From Nitrospirota bacterium (GTDB lineage Bacteria; Nitrospirota; UBA9217), in assembly GCA_963749655.1 (NCBI GenBank), contig CAVVOB010000014.1:96001-160000 (forward strand): a DNA stretch of 64,000 bases, written 5' to 3'. The translations under genes were made by a program, and so were the position numbers. Positions 52,585 to 64,000 of this stretch are shown piece after piece. The notes below the pieces were generated by a model, which saw nothing but the letters and a program-made list of their open reading frames with translations, made no database searches and was not told the origin of the DNA. The stretch's first letter is position 1, and the number at the start of each line of letters is the position of its first letter.

Positions 52585-52640
52585 ACATTACTATACTTCG
52601 GCGAATTAGGCAAGGGCTTCGATGGGGTATTTTTGGGGGA
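52585..52640 (-). promoter_or_regulatory. TACCC-box promoter D
   Basis: TCCCCCAAAAATACCCC (52640-52624), 10 nt, TTGCCT, 17 nt, TAATGT. Confidence 0.65.
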
Positions 52641-52870
52641 GGGGTTACAACAGTTACAAGTTTCGAGTTTTTAGTTTTGAGTTAAAAGTCCTGTGAAGAA
52701 TTGCGGCATCATAGAACATGATTCAGAATGCGGATCGTCCAGTAACCCATTTAAATCAAATTCAGCGATCGACATCGACAAACCTCATCGCACTTCCTGC
52801 GGTACTTCTCCTCCAGGATGCTTTGGAAGTAGCGTCCCGGTGTCTTTCAATCACATCCGCCACATCGATC

Positions 52871-53206
52871 TTATATGCAGCCCGTCGATTTGGGAAGGCC
52901 GGCGATCTTGCACGCCTGTTTGGCCGGACCGCAGGGATAGAGCTGGTAGAGATATTTGCTGTTGCCCTTTTCGGAGCCGAGCTTATGTCCGATTTCCTTG
53001 GCCAGGATCTTGACCTGCGGAGCGACGCTATACTGCCTGTAATAGTCGCGAAGGAAATTCACGACCTCCCAGTGATGTTCGGTCATCTGGATTCCCTCGA
53101 TCGCTGCTATATAGTTGGCCACATCAATGTTCCATTCGGCGGGATTTGACAGGTAACCGTTCCCATCCAATTCCAGTGTCTTTCCTTTTATTGTAATGAC
53201 TTCCAT
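52871..53206 (-). CDS. dsrC: DsrC/TusE sulfur-relay protein with both C-terminal Cys (CX10C)
   Basis: DGNGYL..W..HWEVV.FLRDYY..GPAKQACKIAGLPKSTGCI. Confidence 0.85.
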   Translation of the reverse strand: MEVITIKGKTLELDGNGYLSNPAEWNIDVANYIAAIEGIQMTEHHWEVVNFLRDYYRQYSVAPQVKILAKEIGHKLGSEKGNSKYLYQLYPCGPAKQACKIAGLPKSTGCI

Positions 53207-53267
53207 CGTTGCTTACTCCTCTCGCAAAAACTGAATTTGACTGATTTTACGAAGCTTACGAGATGGA

Positions 53268-53323
53268 ACTATAAACAACTAGCGGGTAGAAGTGAATACC
53301 CCTGGCAGGGTATTTTTGGGGTA
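53268..53323 (-). promoter_or_regulatory. TACCC-box promoter E (dsrC)
   Basis: TACCCCAAAAATACCCT (53323-53307), 10 nt ending GGGTA, TTCACT, 17 nt, TATAGT. Confidence 0.75.
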
Positions 53324-53442
53324 TGCCAAAAAAAATAGTATAGGGTTGAGGATTAAGTGTTGGCCTTTATCATCCTGGAAAATCAAACACTTGGATTCAG
53401 CGGTTGCGCCGGTTTTATCTGGTGCCCCGGCTGACGCAGCCT

Positions 53443-55635
<2,193 letters not shown>

Positions 55636-55639
<4 letters not shown>

Positions 55640-56187
55640 GAATCCAGCGGGAGGGACAGTTTCTCAGGCTTTGAATCTTTTTCCTCGGTCTTTTGCTTCG
55701 TTTTTTCAGCAGTGCCCTTCAGGGCTTTCAGTTCCTTGCTGCTCAGGATGTCCTTCAGCTCGTTCATGAACTCGTTGATGTCCTTGAAGGAGCGGTAGAC
55801 CGACGCGAACCGGACGTAGGCGACCTCGTCGAGCTTGTGCAGGCGGTCCATCACTTCTTCGCCCACGACCGTGCTCGGGATCTCCTTGAGCCCCTTTTCC
55901 TGGAGCGACTTCTCGATCTCGTCCACGGACCGTTCGAGCATCTCCATGCTGATGGGGCGCTTTTCGCAGGCCTTCTTCAGGCCCGAGAGGATCTTCAGGC
56001 GGTCGAAGGGCTCGCGCCTGCCGTCCTTCTTGATGACCAGCGGGAGGACCTCTTCGACGCGTTCGTAGGTGGTGAAGCGGCCCTCGCACTTGAGGCACTC
56101 GCGCCTCCGGCGTATGGACTCCCCTTCCTTCCCCATCCGGGAGTCGACGACTTTGTTGTCGAGGCTGGTGCAGTAGGGACAGCGCAT
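55636..56187 (-). CDS. nrdR: Transcriptional repressor NrdR
   Basis: [35 protein letters not shown]. Confidence 0.97.
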
Positions 56188-56380
56188 AGGTTAGCTCAGA
56201 AAACCAGGGTTCAGGGGCCAGGGTTCAGGGTCCGGTCGTCCGGCAAAGCCGGTTTCCACAGTTTTAGAAAAGCAGCAGTGCAGGTGCGTTTGCTGTTCAT
56301 TTACACGCTTGTTGTTTTCTCTGCGATCTCTGCGTTCTCTGCGGCGAAAACTCTCTTGGCCTTTTGCTCCGTCAGGGCCG

Positions 56381-56830
56381 CTACGGCTTCTTGTACTGGG
56401 TGACCTTGATGCCCGATTCCTTCAGCATCTCGGCGGCCAGCTGGTCGGGATAGCCGTCCTGGAAGATGATGTGCTTCACGCCCGCGTTGATGATCATCTT
56501 GGCGCAGATGCCGCAGGGCTGGTTCGTGCAGTACAGCGTGGCGCCCTCGATGTTCGTCCCGTGTTTGGCCGCCTGGATGATGGCGTTCTGCTCGGCATGG
56601 AGGCCCCGGCAGATCTCGTGGCGCTCGCCCGAGGGGATGCCCATCTGCTCGCGCAGGCACCCGCGTTCGAGGCAATGCTGGATGCCCGACGGCGTTCCGT
56701 TGTAGCCCGTGGCAAGGATGTTCTTGTCCTTGACGAGCACGGCGCCGACCTGGCGCCTGAGGCAGGTGGCGCGCTTCTTGACCAGGTGCGCGATCTCCAT
56801 GAAATATTCGTCCCAGGCAGGTCTTGTCAT
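56381..56830 (-). CDS. dCMP deaminase / ComEB family
   Basis: [24 protein letters not shown]. Confidence 0.92.
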   Translation of the reverse strand: MTRPAWDEYFMEIAHLVKKRATCLRRQVGAVLVKDKNILATGYNGTPSGIQHCLERGCLREQMGIPSGERHEICRGLHAEQNAIIQAAKHGTNIEGATLYCTNQPCGICAKMIINAGVKHIIFQDGYPDQLAAEMLKESGIKVTQYKKP

Positions 56831-56985
56831 AGTTCTATATCTTGCCACGAATTGAACAACGGGAGCTTGTCCATCTATAAAATCAGGAATTAACACGAAT
56901 TTTCACGAATTTTAAAGCCAACTCTGGGTTCCTGCGTGTATTCGTGCAGATTCGTGAAATTCGTGTTCAAATCCGATTGGTTTTG

Positions 56986-58239
56986 TTAGACGGTCGCTTT
57001 TTCCATCGCGAACATCGGGAACTTGCTGCAGAACGCCTTTGTCCGCTCCTTGATCGCGGAGAGCTTTTCCGGGGCGTGGCCGTTTGCCAGCGTCTCGCAG
57101 ATCAGATCGCCGATGACCTTCATCTCGGGCTCGCGCATGCCGCGCGTGGTTACGATGGGCGTGCCGAGGCGGATGCCGCTCGTCGTGACCGGCGGCTTCT
57201 GGTCGAAGGGGATGCTGTTCTTGTTGCACGTGATGCCCGCGGCATCGAGCCACGTTTCCGCGTCCTTGCCGGTGATGTTCTTGGGCGTGAGGTCCACGAG
57301 CATGAGATGGTTTTCCGTGGTGCCCGAAACGATGCGGAAGCCGTCCTCGGTCAGGCGCTTGGCGAGGGCCTGGGCGTTCTTCTTCACCTGCTGCTGATAC
57401 TCCTTGAACCCGGGAGCGAGGGCTTCCTTGAACGCCACCGCCTTGGCGGCGACCACATGCACCAGCGGACCGCCCTGGATGCCCGGGAAGATGACCTTGT
57501 CGACTGCCTTGCCGAATTTTTCGCGGCACATGATCATGCCGCCGCGCGGCCCCCGGAGGGTCTTGTGCGTCGTGGTCGTGACGAAGTCGGCATGGGGCAC
57601 GGGGCTCGGGTGCTCGCCCGCCGCGACCAGGCCCGCGATATGGGCGATGTCGGCCATGAGATAGGCGCCGACCTTGTCCGCGATCTTCCGGAACCGGGCG
57701 AAATCGAGAATGCGCGAATAGGCGCTGTAGCCGCAGACGATCATCCTGGGCTTGTGCTCGACCGCGAGCCGCTCCACCTCGTCGTAGTCGAGGAGCTCGG
57801 TCTTTTTGTCCACGCCGTAGGAAAAGGACTTGTACAGCTGGCCCGAGAAGCTCACCGCCGCCCCGTGAGTCAGGTGACCGCCGTGGGGCAGGCCCATGCC
57901 CACGATCGTGTCACCGGGCTGAAGCACGCTGAAGTAGACCGCCATGTTGGCGGAGGACCCGGAATGGGGCTGCACATTCACGTGCTCTGCGCCGAAGAGC
58001 TGCTTGGCGCGCTCGATGGCCAGCGTTTCCACCTGGTCGGCGAATTGGCACCCGCCGTAATAGCGGCGGTTCGGGTAGCCCTCGGCGTACTTGTTCGTGA
58101 ACACCGAGCCCTGCGCTTCGAGCACGGCCTGGCTCACATAATTTTCCGAGGCAATGAGAACGATCTTGGAGAGCTCCCGCTCCTCCTCGCCCTTGATCGC
58201 GTTGTAGACATCAATGTCTGTTTCTTTGAGTTCCGACAT
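56986..58239 (-). CDS. glyA: Serine hydroxymethyltransferase
   Basis: [28 protein letters not shown]. Confidence 0.98.
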   Translation of the reverse strand: MSELKETDIDVYNAIKGEEERELSKIVLIASENYVSQAVLEAQGSVFTNKYAEGYPNRRYYGGCQFADQVETLAIERAKQLFGAEHVNVQPHSGSSANMAVYFSVLQPGDTIVGMGLPHGGHLTHGAAVSFSGQLYKSFSYGVDKKTELLDYDEVERLAVEHKPRMIVCGYSAYSRILDFARFRKIADKVGAYLMADIAHIAGLVAAGEHPSPVPHADFVTTTTHKTLRGPRGGMIMCREKFGKAVDKVIFPGIQGGPLVHVVAAKAVAFKEALAPGFKEYQQQVKKNAQALAKRLTEDGFRIVSGTTENHLMLVDLTPKNITGKDAETWLDAAGITCNKNSIPFDQKPPVTTSGIRLGTPIVTTRGMREPEMKVIGDLICETLANGHAPEKLSAIKERTKAFCSKFPMFAMEKATV

Positions 58240-58298
58240 TCCGTTTTCCTTTTTGGTAATATCTTTCTCCGCGGCCTCCGCGGTAAAAAATCTTTATA

Positions 58299-58754
58299 CT
58301 ATTTCCCGATCAGCGATTTCTCGATCGCCGTGATCTTGTCGAGTCGCTTCTGGTGCCGCCCGCCGGCGAACTCCGTGTCGAGCCAGGTCTTCACGATTTC
58401 CAGCGCAACGCCCTTGCCGATCACCCGCTCGCCCATGACCAGGACGTTCGCGTCATTGTGCTCCCGGCTCATCTGCGCCGTGAAATGATCGTGGCAGAGC
58501 GCCGCGCGCACGCCGGGATAGCGGTTCGCCACGATCGACATGCCGATGCCGGTGCCGCAGATCAGGATGCCGCGGTCCGCGGCGCCCGAGGAAACAGACT
58601 CCGAGATCCTGGCGCCGTAATCGGGATAATCAACGGAATCCCTGCCTGCGGGGCCGAGGTCCTGGACCTGCAGATTCGCAACTGTCTTTAGGAATTTGAG
58701 GATCTCTTCCTTGAGTTCAAAGCCGCCGTGGTCGCAGCCGATCGCCAGTTTCAT
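58299..58754 (-). CDS. rpiB: Ribose-5-phosphate isomerase B
   Basis: GCDHGG, DYPD, CGTGIGM, HNDAN, GGRH. Confidence 0.96.
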   Translation of the reverse strand: MKLAIGCDHGGFELKEEILKFLKTVANLQVQDLGPAGRDSVDYPDYGARISESVSSGAADRGILICGTGIGMSIVANRYPGVRAALCHDHFTAQMSREHNDANVLVMGERVIGKGVALEIVKTWLDTEFAGGRHQKRLDKITAIEKSLIGK

Positions 58755-58783
58755 GCACAGCCCCGCCTTTCCAGGAGATGCTG

Positions 58784-58813
58784 ATATTAACATCTCCGTT
58801 GATTTAGTGTCAA
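58784..58813 (-). promoter_or_regulatory. sigma70 promoter of rpiB-glyA operon
   Basis: TTGACA-18-TAATAT with TG extension. Confidence 0.6.
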
Positions 58814-59192
58814 GAAAAATACCGGCGCAAGCGGGGTTTAGGCGATGAACTGGCGGAAATCAGGGGACCGGCCGGGGCAATCCGGAATCAGAAGCTTCGA
58901 CGGGATGACAGGATAAAATCGGATGAAGGCATTTTCACATCCTGAAAATCCTGTCAAAACAGACATTGAAAAATATGTTTACCGCAGAATACGCAGAGGG
59001 ACGCAGAAAGAAAACGAATTCTTTCCAGGCTGTTATCCCCTTCTGCATATTCTGCATCTTCTGCGGTTAGAGGGTTTAAAGTATTCTCAAGAGGGGAAAG
59101 GGACGTTCTGCTTGTGTTGAAACGTGAAGTTTCTGCTGATCATTCCGACTACATCGTATCGAGTCGCTTCTGCGCTACTTTGCCGCTCCCGG

Positions 59193-60110
59193 TCAGGCCT
59201 GCGAAGGCTTGTCGCATTCCTTCTCCCATGAGGCCGGGTCCTCGATAGACTCCAGGTGGGTGATCACTTCTACGTTGGACAGCGCACAGCGGATGTCGTA
59301 TTCGATGCGCTCCACGAGATCGTGTCCCTGCTGGACCGTCCATCTGCCGGGGACGAGAACATGAAGGGAGACGAACCGGCTGGACCCCGCCTGGCGCGTG
59401 CGCAGATCGTGGTACTCGATGCCGTCCTGCCGGAGCTTGTCCAGAATATCGCAGACGACCTTCAACTCTTCTGCGGGAAGCGCCGTATCCATGAGCCCCG
59501 CCACGGAATCCTTGACAATGCGGACGCCGGTCCAGACGATGTTGACCGCTACCGCAATGGCCACCAGCGGGTCCAGGCGCTGCCAGCCCGTCACGGCCAC
59601 GGCTCCGACGCCGACCACAACGCCGGCCGAAGTCCAGACGTCGGTCATGAGATGGTGGGCGTTTGCCCTGAGCGTGATGGACTCGTGCTTCCGGCTTGCG
59701 CGCAGCAGTACGAGCGCCACGCCGAGGTTTACGAGGGACGCAGCCACGGACACGGCCAGCCCCAGGCCGATCTGCTCCAGCGGTTTGGGCGTTATAAGCC
59801 GCTCGATTGCCGCCGCGGCAATGCTGATTGCGGCGATCAGGATCAGCGTCCCCTCGACGCCGCTCGAGAAGTATTCGGCCTTGCCGTGGCCGTAGGCGTG
59901 GTCCTCGTCGGCCGGGCGTGCGGCGATCGTGAGCATGGCAAGCGCCATGATTGCGCCGACAAGGTTGACCAGCGACTCTATGGCGTCCGACAGCAGCCCT
60001 ACCGACCCCGTCAGAAGGTAGGCAACAGTCTTGAGCCCGATGGTAGCGATTGCGGCGGCGATGGACAGCCAGGCGAATTTCGTGAGAAAGGAACGGTTTT
60101 CTGTTGTCAT
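59193..60110 (-). CDS. Cation diffusion facilitator transporter
   Basis: [32 protein letters not shown]. Confidence 0.93.
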   Translation of the reverse strand: MTTENRSFLTKFAWLSIAAAIATIGLKTVAYLLTGSVGLLSDAIESLVNLVGAIMALAMLTIAARPADEDHAYGHGKAEYFSSGVEGTLILIAAISIAAAAIERLITPKPLEQIGLGLAVSVAASLVNLGVALVLLRASRKHESITLRANAHHLMTDVWTSAGVVVGVGAVAVTGWQRLDPLVAIAVAVNIVWTGVRIVKDSVAGLMDTALPAEELKVVCDILDKLRQDGIEYHDLRTRQAGSSRFVSLHVLVPGRWTVQQGHDLVERIEYDIRCALSNVEVITHLESIEDPASWEKECDKPSQA

Positions 60111-60497
60111 GGCAGGGGCAGTGTAGCATAAACAGCTGCTTTTTGAAACGGGGAAAATGGCGTCCCGGAAAGAACCTGCAGGGGAAATTCCTGCGCTCTC
60201 CGACTGGTGACCCGCATGGCCGTTCAGCAGCGACTGATCATCTTCCCTCGTGATCAAAAGTGAATAGAGTGGTAATTTTGCTGTCGAGGACCCGGATGCA
60301 TGCTGCCCGGCATCCGGACCTCGACAGCGGGGAGGACTCATTTCTACTGTTGCTTGATCGCCGCAGCCTTGACAATGCGGGCAGCCGATTCCATCTCTCC
60401 TTGAACAATCCCCTCGAAGCCAGAGTGCAGATTACTGGGCGGCGCCTCATACAGAAGAGAGACGCCGCCCATCTTTGCCCTTTCTTCTTCGCGCCGT

Positions 60498-61028
60498 CTA
60501 CTTGGCCCGTTTCCAGACCTGGATGTTCCTTCCGCCGCCGCCGATGGAAGGGGCGTTGTTTATGACCTTCAACTCGTCTCCGTTGACGGTTATGGGCCGC
60601 TTCTGATCCTGGCCGTCCCAGTTGGGGAACGTGCTCCCCTCCATGTGCAGATTCAGCACCTGCTCCTTGTCGCCCGTCACGGTGTACGTGCCGATAGCGG
60701 CGACCGACCCCTCGACAACCGCTTTGTACTCCTCAGCGGTTCCTTTTGTGCGGACATTGGAAGCGAATTTCGGAAGGCTTGACCGCATCATGGTCATCGA
60801 AAAGCGTCCATCGGGGGTCAAAAGCATGGAGCCTCTCGGATTGGGACCGAACGGTTCCGACTTCTTGCCGTCCGTCTCGTTATAGAGCTCGACGAGAATC
60901 CAGCTTCCCTGTGCCGGACCGGCGCCCTTCTCCCCGGCATAGATCTTCGATGCGCCGGACAACGTCCCGGCAACGAGTAGAGCGACGGAACACAGGACGA
61001 TTGCTGCTTCCTTTATTGACCATTTCAT
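60498..61028 (-). CDS. Secreted lipocalin-like domain protein
   Basis: GSWILV..FGPNPRG..DGRF..GTYTV..FPNWDGQDQKR..VWKRAK. Confidence 0.8.
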   Translation of the reverse strand: MKWSIKEAAIVLCSVALLVAGTLSGASKIYAGEKGAGPAQGSWILVELYNETDGKKSEPFGPNPRGSMLLTPDGRFSMTMMRSSLPKFASNVRTKGTAEEYKAVVEGSVAAIGTYTVTGDKEQVLNLHMEGSTFPNWDGQDQKRPITVNGDELKVINNAPSIGGGGRNIQVWKRAK

Positions 61029-61151
61029 GGTGTTTCTCCCTTGAATGAGTTGCCTGGTTAATGCATTACTGCCCCGCATATGCGGAAATCACGGAAAAAC
61101 TGTTCTCGAATTTCAGTCGTCGTAAACCTCCCTTCCTGATGAATGATATCT

Positions 61152-62195
61152 CTATGCGCCGAAGGTGTATTTCGTTCCGGCTGTATTGAGGGTGAACGCT
61201 TCGGGCATTTCCTTGCTGAATGCCACGAGCGATTCGAACCCGGTGCAGTGCGCCGGCATAAGGTGCTCCGGCTTCATTGCCTTGATGTCGGCTACCGTGC
61301 TCTGGATTCGTTCGGGCTTCGAGTTGATCATATGAAATCCTCCCATGATCGCATGCACCTTTTCCGTTCCGGAAGCCTTCTGTGCCTGCCTGACCGTATT
61401 CACGATGCCGGAATGGGCGCATCCGGATACGACCACCAGTCCTTTTCCTTTCACGTTGAAGAAAAGGGCCTGTTCACCGCGGAAATCGTCCTGTTCGGGT
61501 TTATCGCCGCGCTTTACCTGATTGGATGGCGGGATCTTTTCGTAGGACGTGTGGCGTTCGATGTTCCCGGTAAAGAACGCGCCCGGAATGATCTGAGTGG
61601 GATTCTTCACTTCAATCACTTTGAGACCGAGGGACTCGATGTCGGACCTCTGGAGTTGTCCCAAGTCGGCCGCTTCGGTTGTCCCGGGGCGGAGCGAATA
61701 TCTGCGAAGAAACGCCTCTTCTCCCACGTAGAACGGGGTCCCCGCCGGGATCCGGGACTGGTTCTGCTTCAGGATATTGACCATGCCCATAAAATGATCA
61801 TAATGTCCATGACTCAAGCTGAACGCAGCCGCCTTGCCGATGTCGATCCCCAAAAGGGCCATGTTATTCAAGACGCCGGCGGCATCGAGCCCGTAGTCGA
61901 ACATACAGGCGCTTGTCTTGCCGTCCACCACAGTCTCGACATAATAGGACAGGCCATGCTCGGCATGGATCGACTTTCCGGGGACGACGCGGTAACGCTT
62001 CCCGTTCTTCCCGTCGACGATGTTGGTATCATAATAATTGTCCGTCAGCACCCAGATCGTCAGCTTGTCCACCTCGGCTGCCTTCATGGATTCATTCGCC
62101 ATCACGCTTTTTATCATGCTCTCTCCCGCAGCCAACAAAACCCCTGTCGCCATGGAATACTTCAGAAAATCCCTTCTGTTCATACGCTCTTTCAT
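61152..62195 (-). CDS. Tat-exported MBL-fold metallo-hydrolase
   Basis: RRDFLK, AEHGLS, SHGHYDH, GCAHSG, GGFH, HCTG. Confidence 0.9.
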   Translation of the reverse strand: MKERMNRRDFLKYSMATGVLLAAGESMIKSVMANESMKAAEVDKLTIWVLTDNYYDTNIVDGKNGKRYRVVPGKSIHAEHGLSYYVETVVDGKTSACMFDYGLDAAGVLNNMALLGIDIGKAAAFSLSHGHYDHFMGMVNILKQNQSRIPAGTPFYVGEEAFLRRYSLRPGTTEAADLGQLQRSDIESLGLKVIEVKNPTQIIPGAFFTGNIERHTSYEKIPPSNQVKRGDKPEQDDFRGEQALFFNVKGKGLVVVSGCAHSGIVNTVRQAQKASGTEKVHAIMGGFHMINSKPERIQSTVADIKAMKPEHLMPAHCTGFESLVAFSKEMPEAFTLNTAGTKYTFGA

Positions 62196-62483
62196 GGTCC
62201 GCCTCCCTCTTTCATGAGCATGAAGCTCCCTTCCGACCTATTCCTGCGCGGCTAATTCCGCAGCAGGTTGAATATCAGGATGCACAGCCCGCCGATCGTC
62301 AGTATCATGCCGGTCCAGAACACGACGTACACGAAAACGTTATGAAGCCTGCTGTTAATGGGGCACCTCGGTAAGCCGTCCGGCAGGAGCCGGTGGCTCC
62401 TCGACAATAACAACGCGACTTCTCGCGAATTAAGACGCATTCCGCACCCGGCACGAGCCGGGGCATGCCGGGTCGCGGGACAG

Positions 62484-62892
62484 CTATTCGTTCTGCTTCC
62501 CGGTAGATGTTGTTTGTCTCTTCTGCGGAGTCAGCCACGCGAAAACAGCGGCGGCAATGAGCAATACCGGCACATCGCCGAACAGATGCCCGCGGTGCTC
62601 CGGGTATACGAACGCCTGGATTGCCATGATCCCTCCATGCACGATGCTTGACCAGACCGTGAACCAGATCAGGCTGAGGTGTTCGACGGGATGCTTGGCC
62701 GCAATGATCAGGAACACGCCGAGCGTCGCGTAGATCCCGGATTATCATCTGCAGATAGAGCGAATGGCCCTGCGCATGCCACGCCCATCCCGAAGGCCAC
62801 AGGATCGTAAGGGGATAAACGCCGACGACGCAAAATGCTCCGACCGATACCAATGCAATTTTCAAGTACCTGAGTTGTGCTGACGTTTCCAT
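62484..62892 (-). CDS. DUF6632-like membrane protein (1-bp frameshift at ~62740)
   Basis: WPSGWAW..Y.QMI/GIYATLGVFL..SLIWFTVWSS.VHGGIM..GDVP. Confidence 0.75.
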
Positions 62893-62908
62893 AATGCTGC
62901 CTCCTTTC

Positions 62909-63477
62909 TTAATGCGAGGTTTCGGGCATTGGACAATAGGCCCCCTCAGACAAACCCGCCGGACCGCAACGAAATGCCCGGTTGAACCTCCCGCGGAAAT
63001 TTGCCTGGGCTATCTCAGTGGTCAGCTCGACGAACTGTGCGTCCGTAAAATGCTTTCGCAGATCGGCGATCAATTCATCACTGACTTCCGGGGGAGTGCG
63101 TGTCATGGCAACGGCAAGATCGAGCACTACCTTTTCAACAGGACCGAATACGCTGCTTTCCCGATAGTTCGTGAGGTTCATCAGCTCCTCTTCCGCGACT
63201 CCGCTTGCCCTGCCCTCGGCAGAGCCTGAATCGATTCAGGCGCGGCAGCGATCAGCATCGCGGTCTTGATGTCGGCCAGCCTTCTGAAGCGGAGAGGGAC
63301 AAGATGCGATCGATCGAGCAGCAGTTCGAAAATGCCCCGTCCCAGGTGGAGCCGGGGAACATGCGCCAGGATCCGCCAGGACTCGGGAACACGCCCCAAC
63401 CTCCGCCGCACGGCAGCGAAAAGCACCCTGCTGACGAGTGAAGCATTTTCTTTCGCGACTCCCTTAATGTATGACAT
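62909..63477 (-). CDS. AhpD/carboxymuconolactone decarboxylase-like protein, candidate selenoprotein (C-R-A-U), with a 1-bp deletion at ~63249
   Basis: ..KTAMLI[G]-TGC CGC GCC TGA-IDSGSAEGRASG.. in frame with the 62909-63181 ORF; hairpin downstream of the UGA. Confidence 0.7.
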
Positions 63478-63645
63478 CGGATCGTCTCCCTGCAGGACTA
63501 CACGTCCGCCGTAAGTCAGGATCACGCCGATCCGGAGCCGGATGAAACCAGTTGCGCTGAGGGTCCTGTTATGAATTGGGCACCTCCGCCGTTTTTTCAC
63601 CGCGCACAGAGCAGCGGCCATTTCCCTTCACCCTGCGCGCATTGC

Positions 63646-63831
63646 CTATTTCTGCCTTGCCGATGACTCTGCAAACCGGTCCATGCCGTGCGGGGCCATG
63701 AGGTTTTCGGTCTGCCAGGCTTTCAGCCTCACGAGGCATTCCCTCATCTCACGCTCCTCATTTTCATCATCTCTGGCGCTTTTTTGGTGAACCTTCCGGT
63801 GGAGTCTCTCTGGAATCATTATTTTCATCAT
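63646..63831 (-). CDS. Small hypothetical protein
   Basis: 61-aa ORF with GGGAGG RBS. Confidence 0.4.
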   Translation of the reverse strand: MMKIMIPERLHRKVHQKSARDDENEEREMRECLVRLKAWQTENLMAPHGMDRFAESSARQK

Positions 63832-64000
63832 GCTATCCTCCCTTCTTTTGATGGATCATGCTACGTTCTCTGCTGCTTTCTATTTCAAGTACGATGCCAG
63901 TTCGCGGTTCGGGAGAAATGACGGGTATTTCAACAGAGTAGGGAATTATCGAAGCGGTAGTGCCTTTGGACCGTCTTTAAAAAGATGTAAATGAGGTTTA

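Noticed and set aside
56205-56232. 7-nt tandem units CAGGGTT (also AGTTTTG-like at 52656-52685)
   Set aside because: Only 3-4 degenerate copies and no associated gene; not interpretable
63883-63900. sigma54-like promoter TGGCATCGTACTTGAA (and CGGCAACCTTTATGAA at ~44307-44322)
   Set aside because: -12 element is GA instead of GC; support too weak

Overview
A 64-kb, GC-rich bacterial chromosome segment. A Nitrospirota/Desulfobacterota-like anaerobe is inferred from DsrC, a DsrT-like protein and two-CW proteins; this is not proven. Left end (1-13.4 kb) is an island-like region: the 3' end of a tyrosine integrase, then a three-gene operon (giant multidomain secreted protein, small lipoprotein, secreted Zn-phospholipase C/P1-type enzyme), then a Ca-loop lipoprotein bracketed by a degenerate duplication of the 3' end of the DUF438 gene. 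Almost everything from 13.4 kb onward is on the minus strand: adk, a signalling cluster (4 histidine kinases, a sigma54 activator, a pseudo-receiver, two two-CW proteins), folA, smpB, a surface-lipoprotein cluster with a duplicated beta-propeller+TPR module, a low-GC AAA ATPase with an attC-like site, dsrC, the rpiB-glyA-deaminase-nrdR-priA operon, and a hidden CxxU AhpD-like selenoprotein candidate. The best leads are the tripartite carrier/lipoprotein/PLC system and a 17-bp TACCC-box found five times, always 10 nt upstream of a -35 position. Many 1-bp indels, including one in priA, suggest long-read consensus errors. Domain calls come from motif recognition by eye, not database searches.
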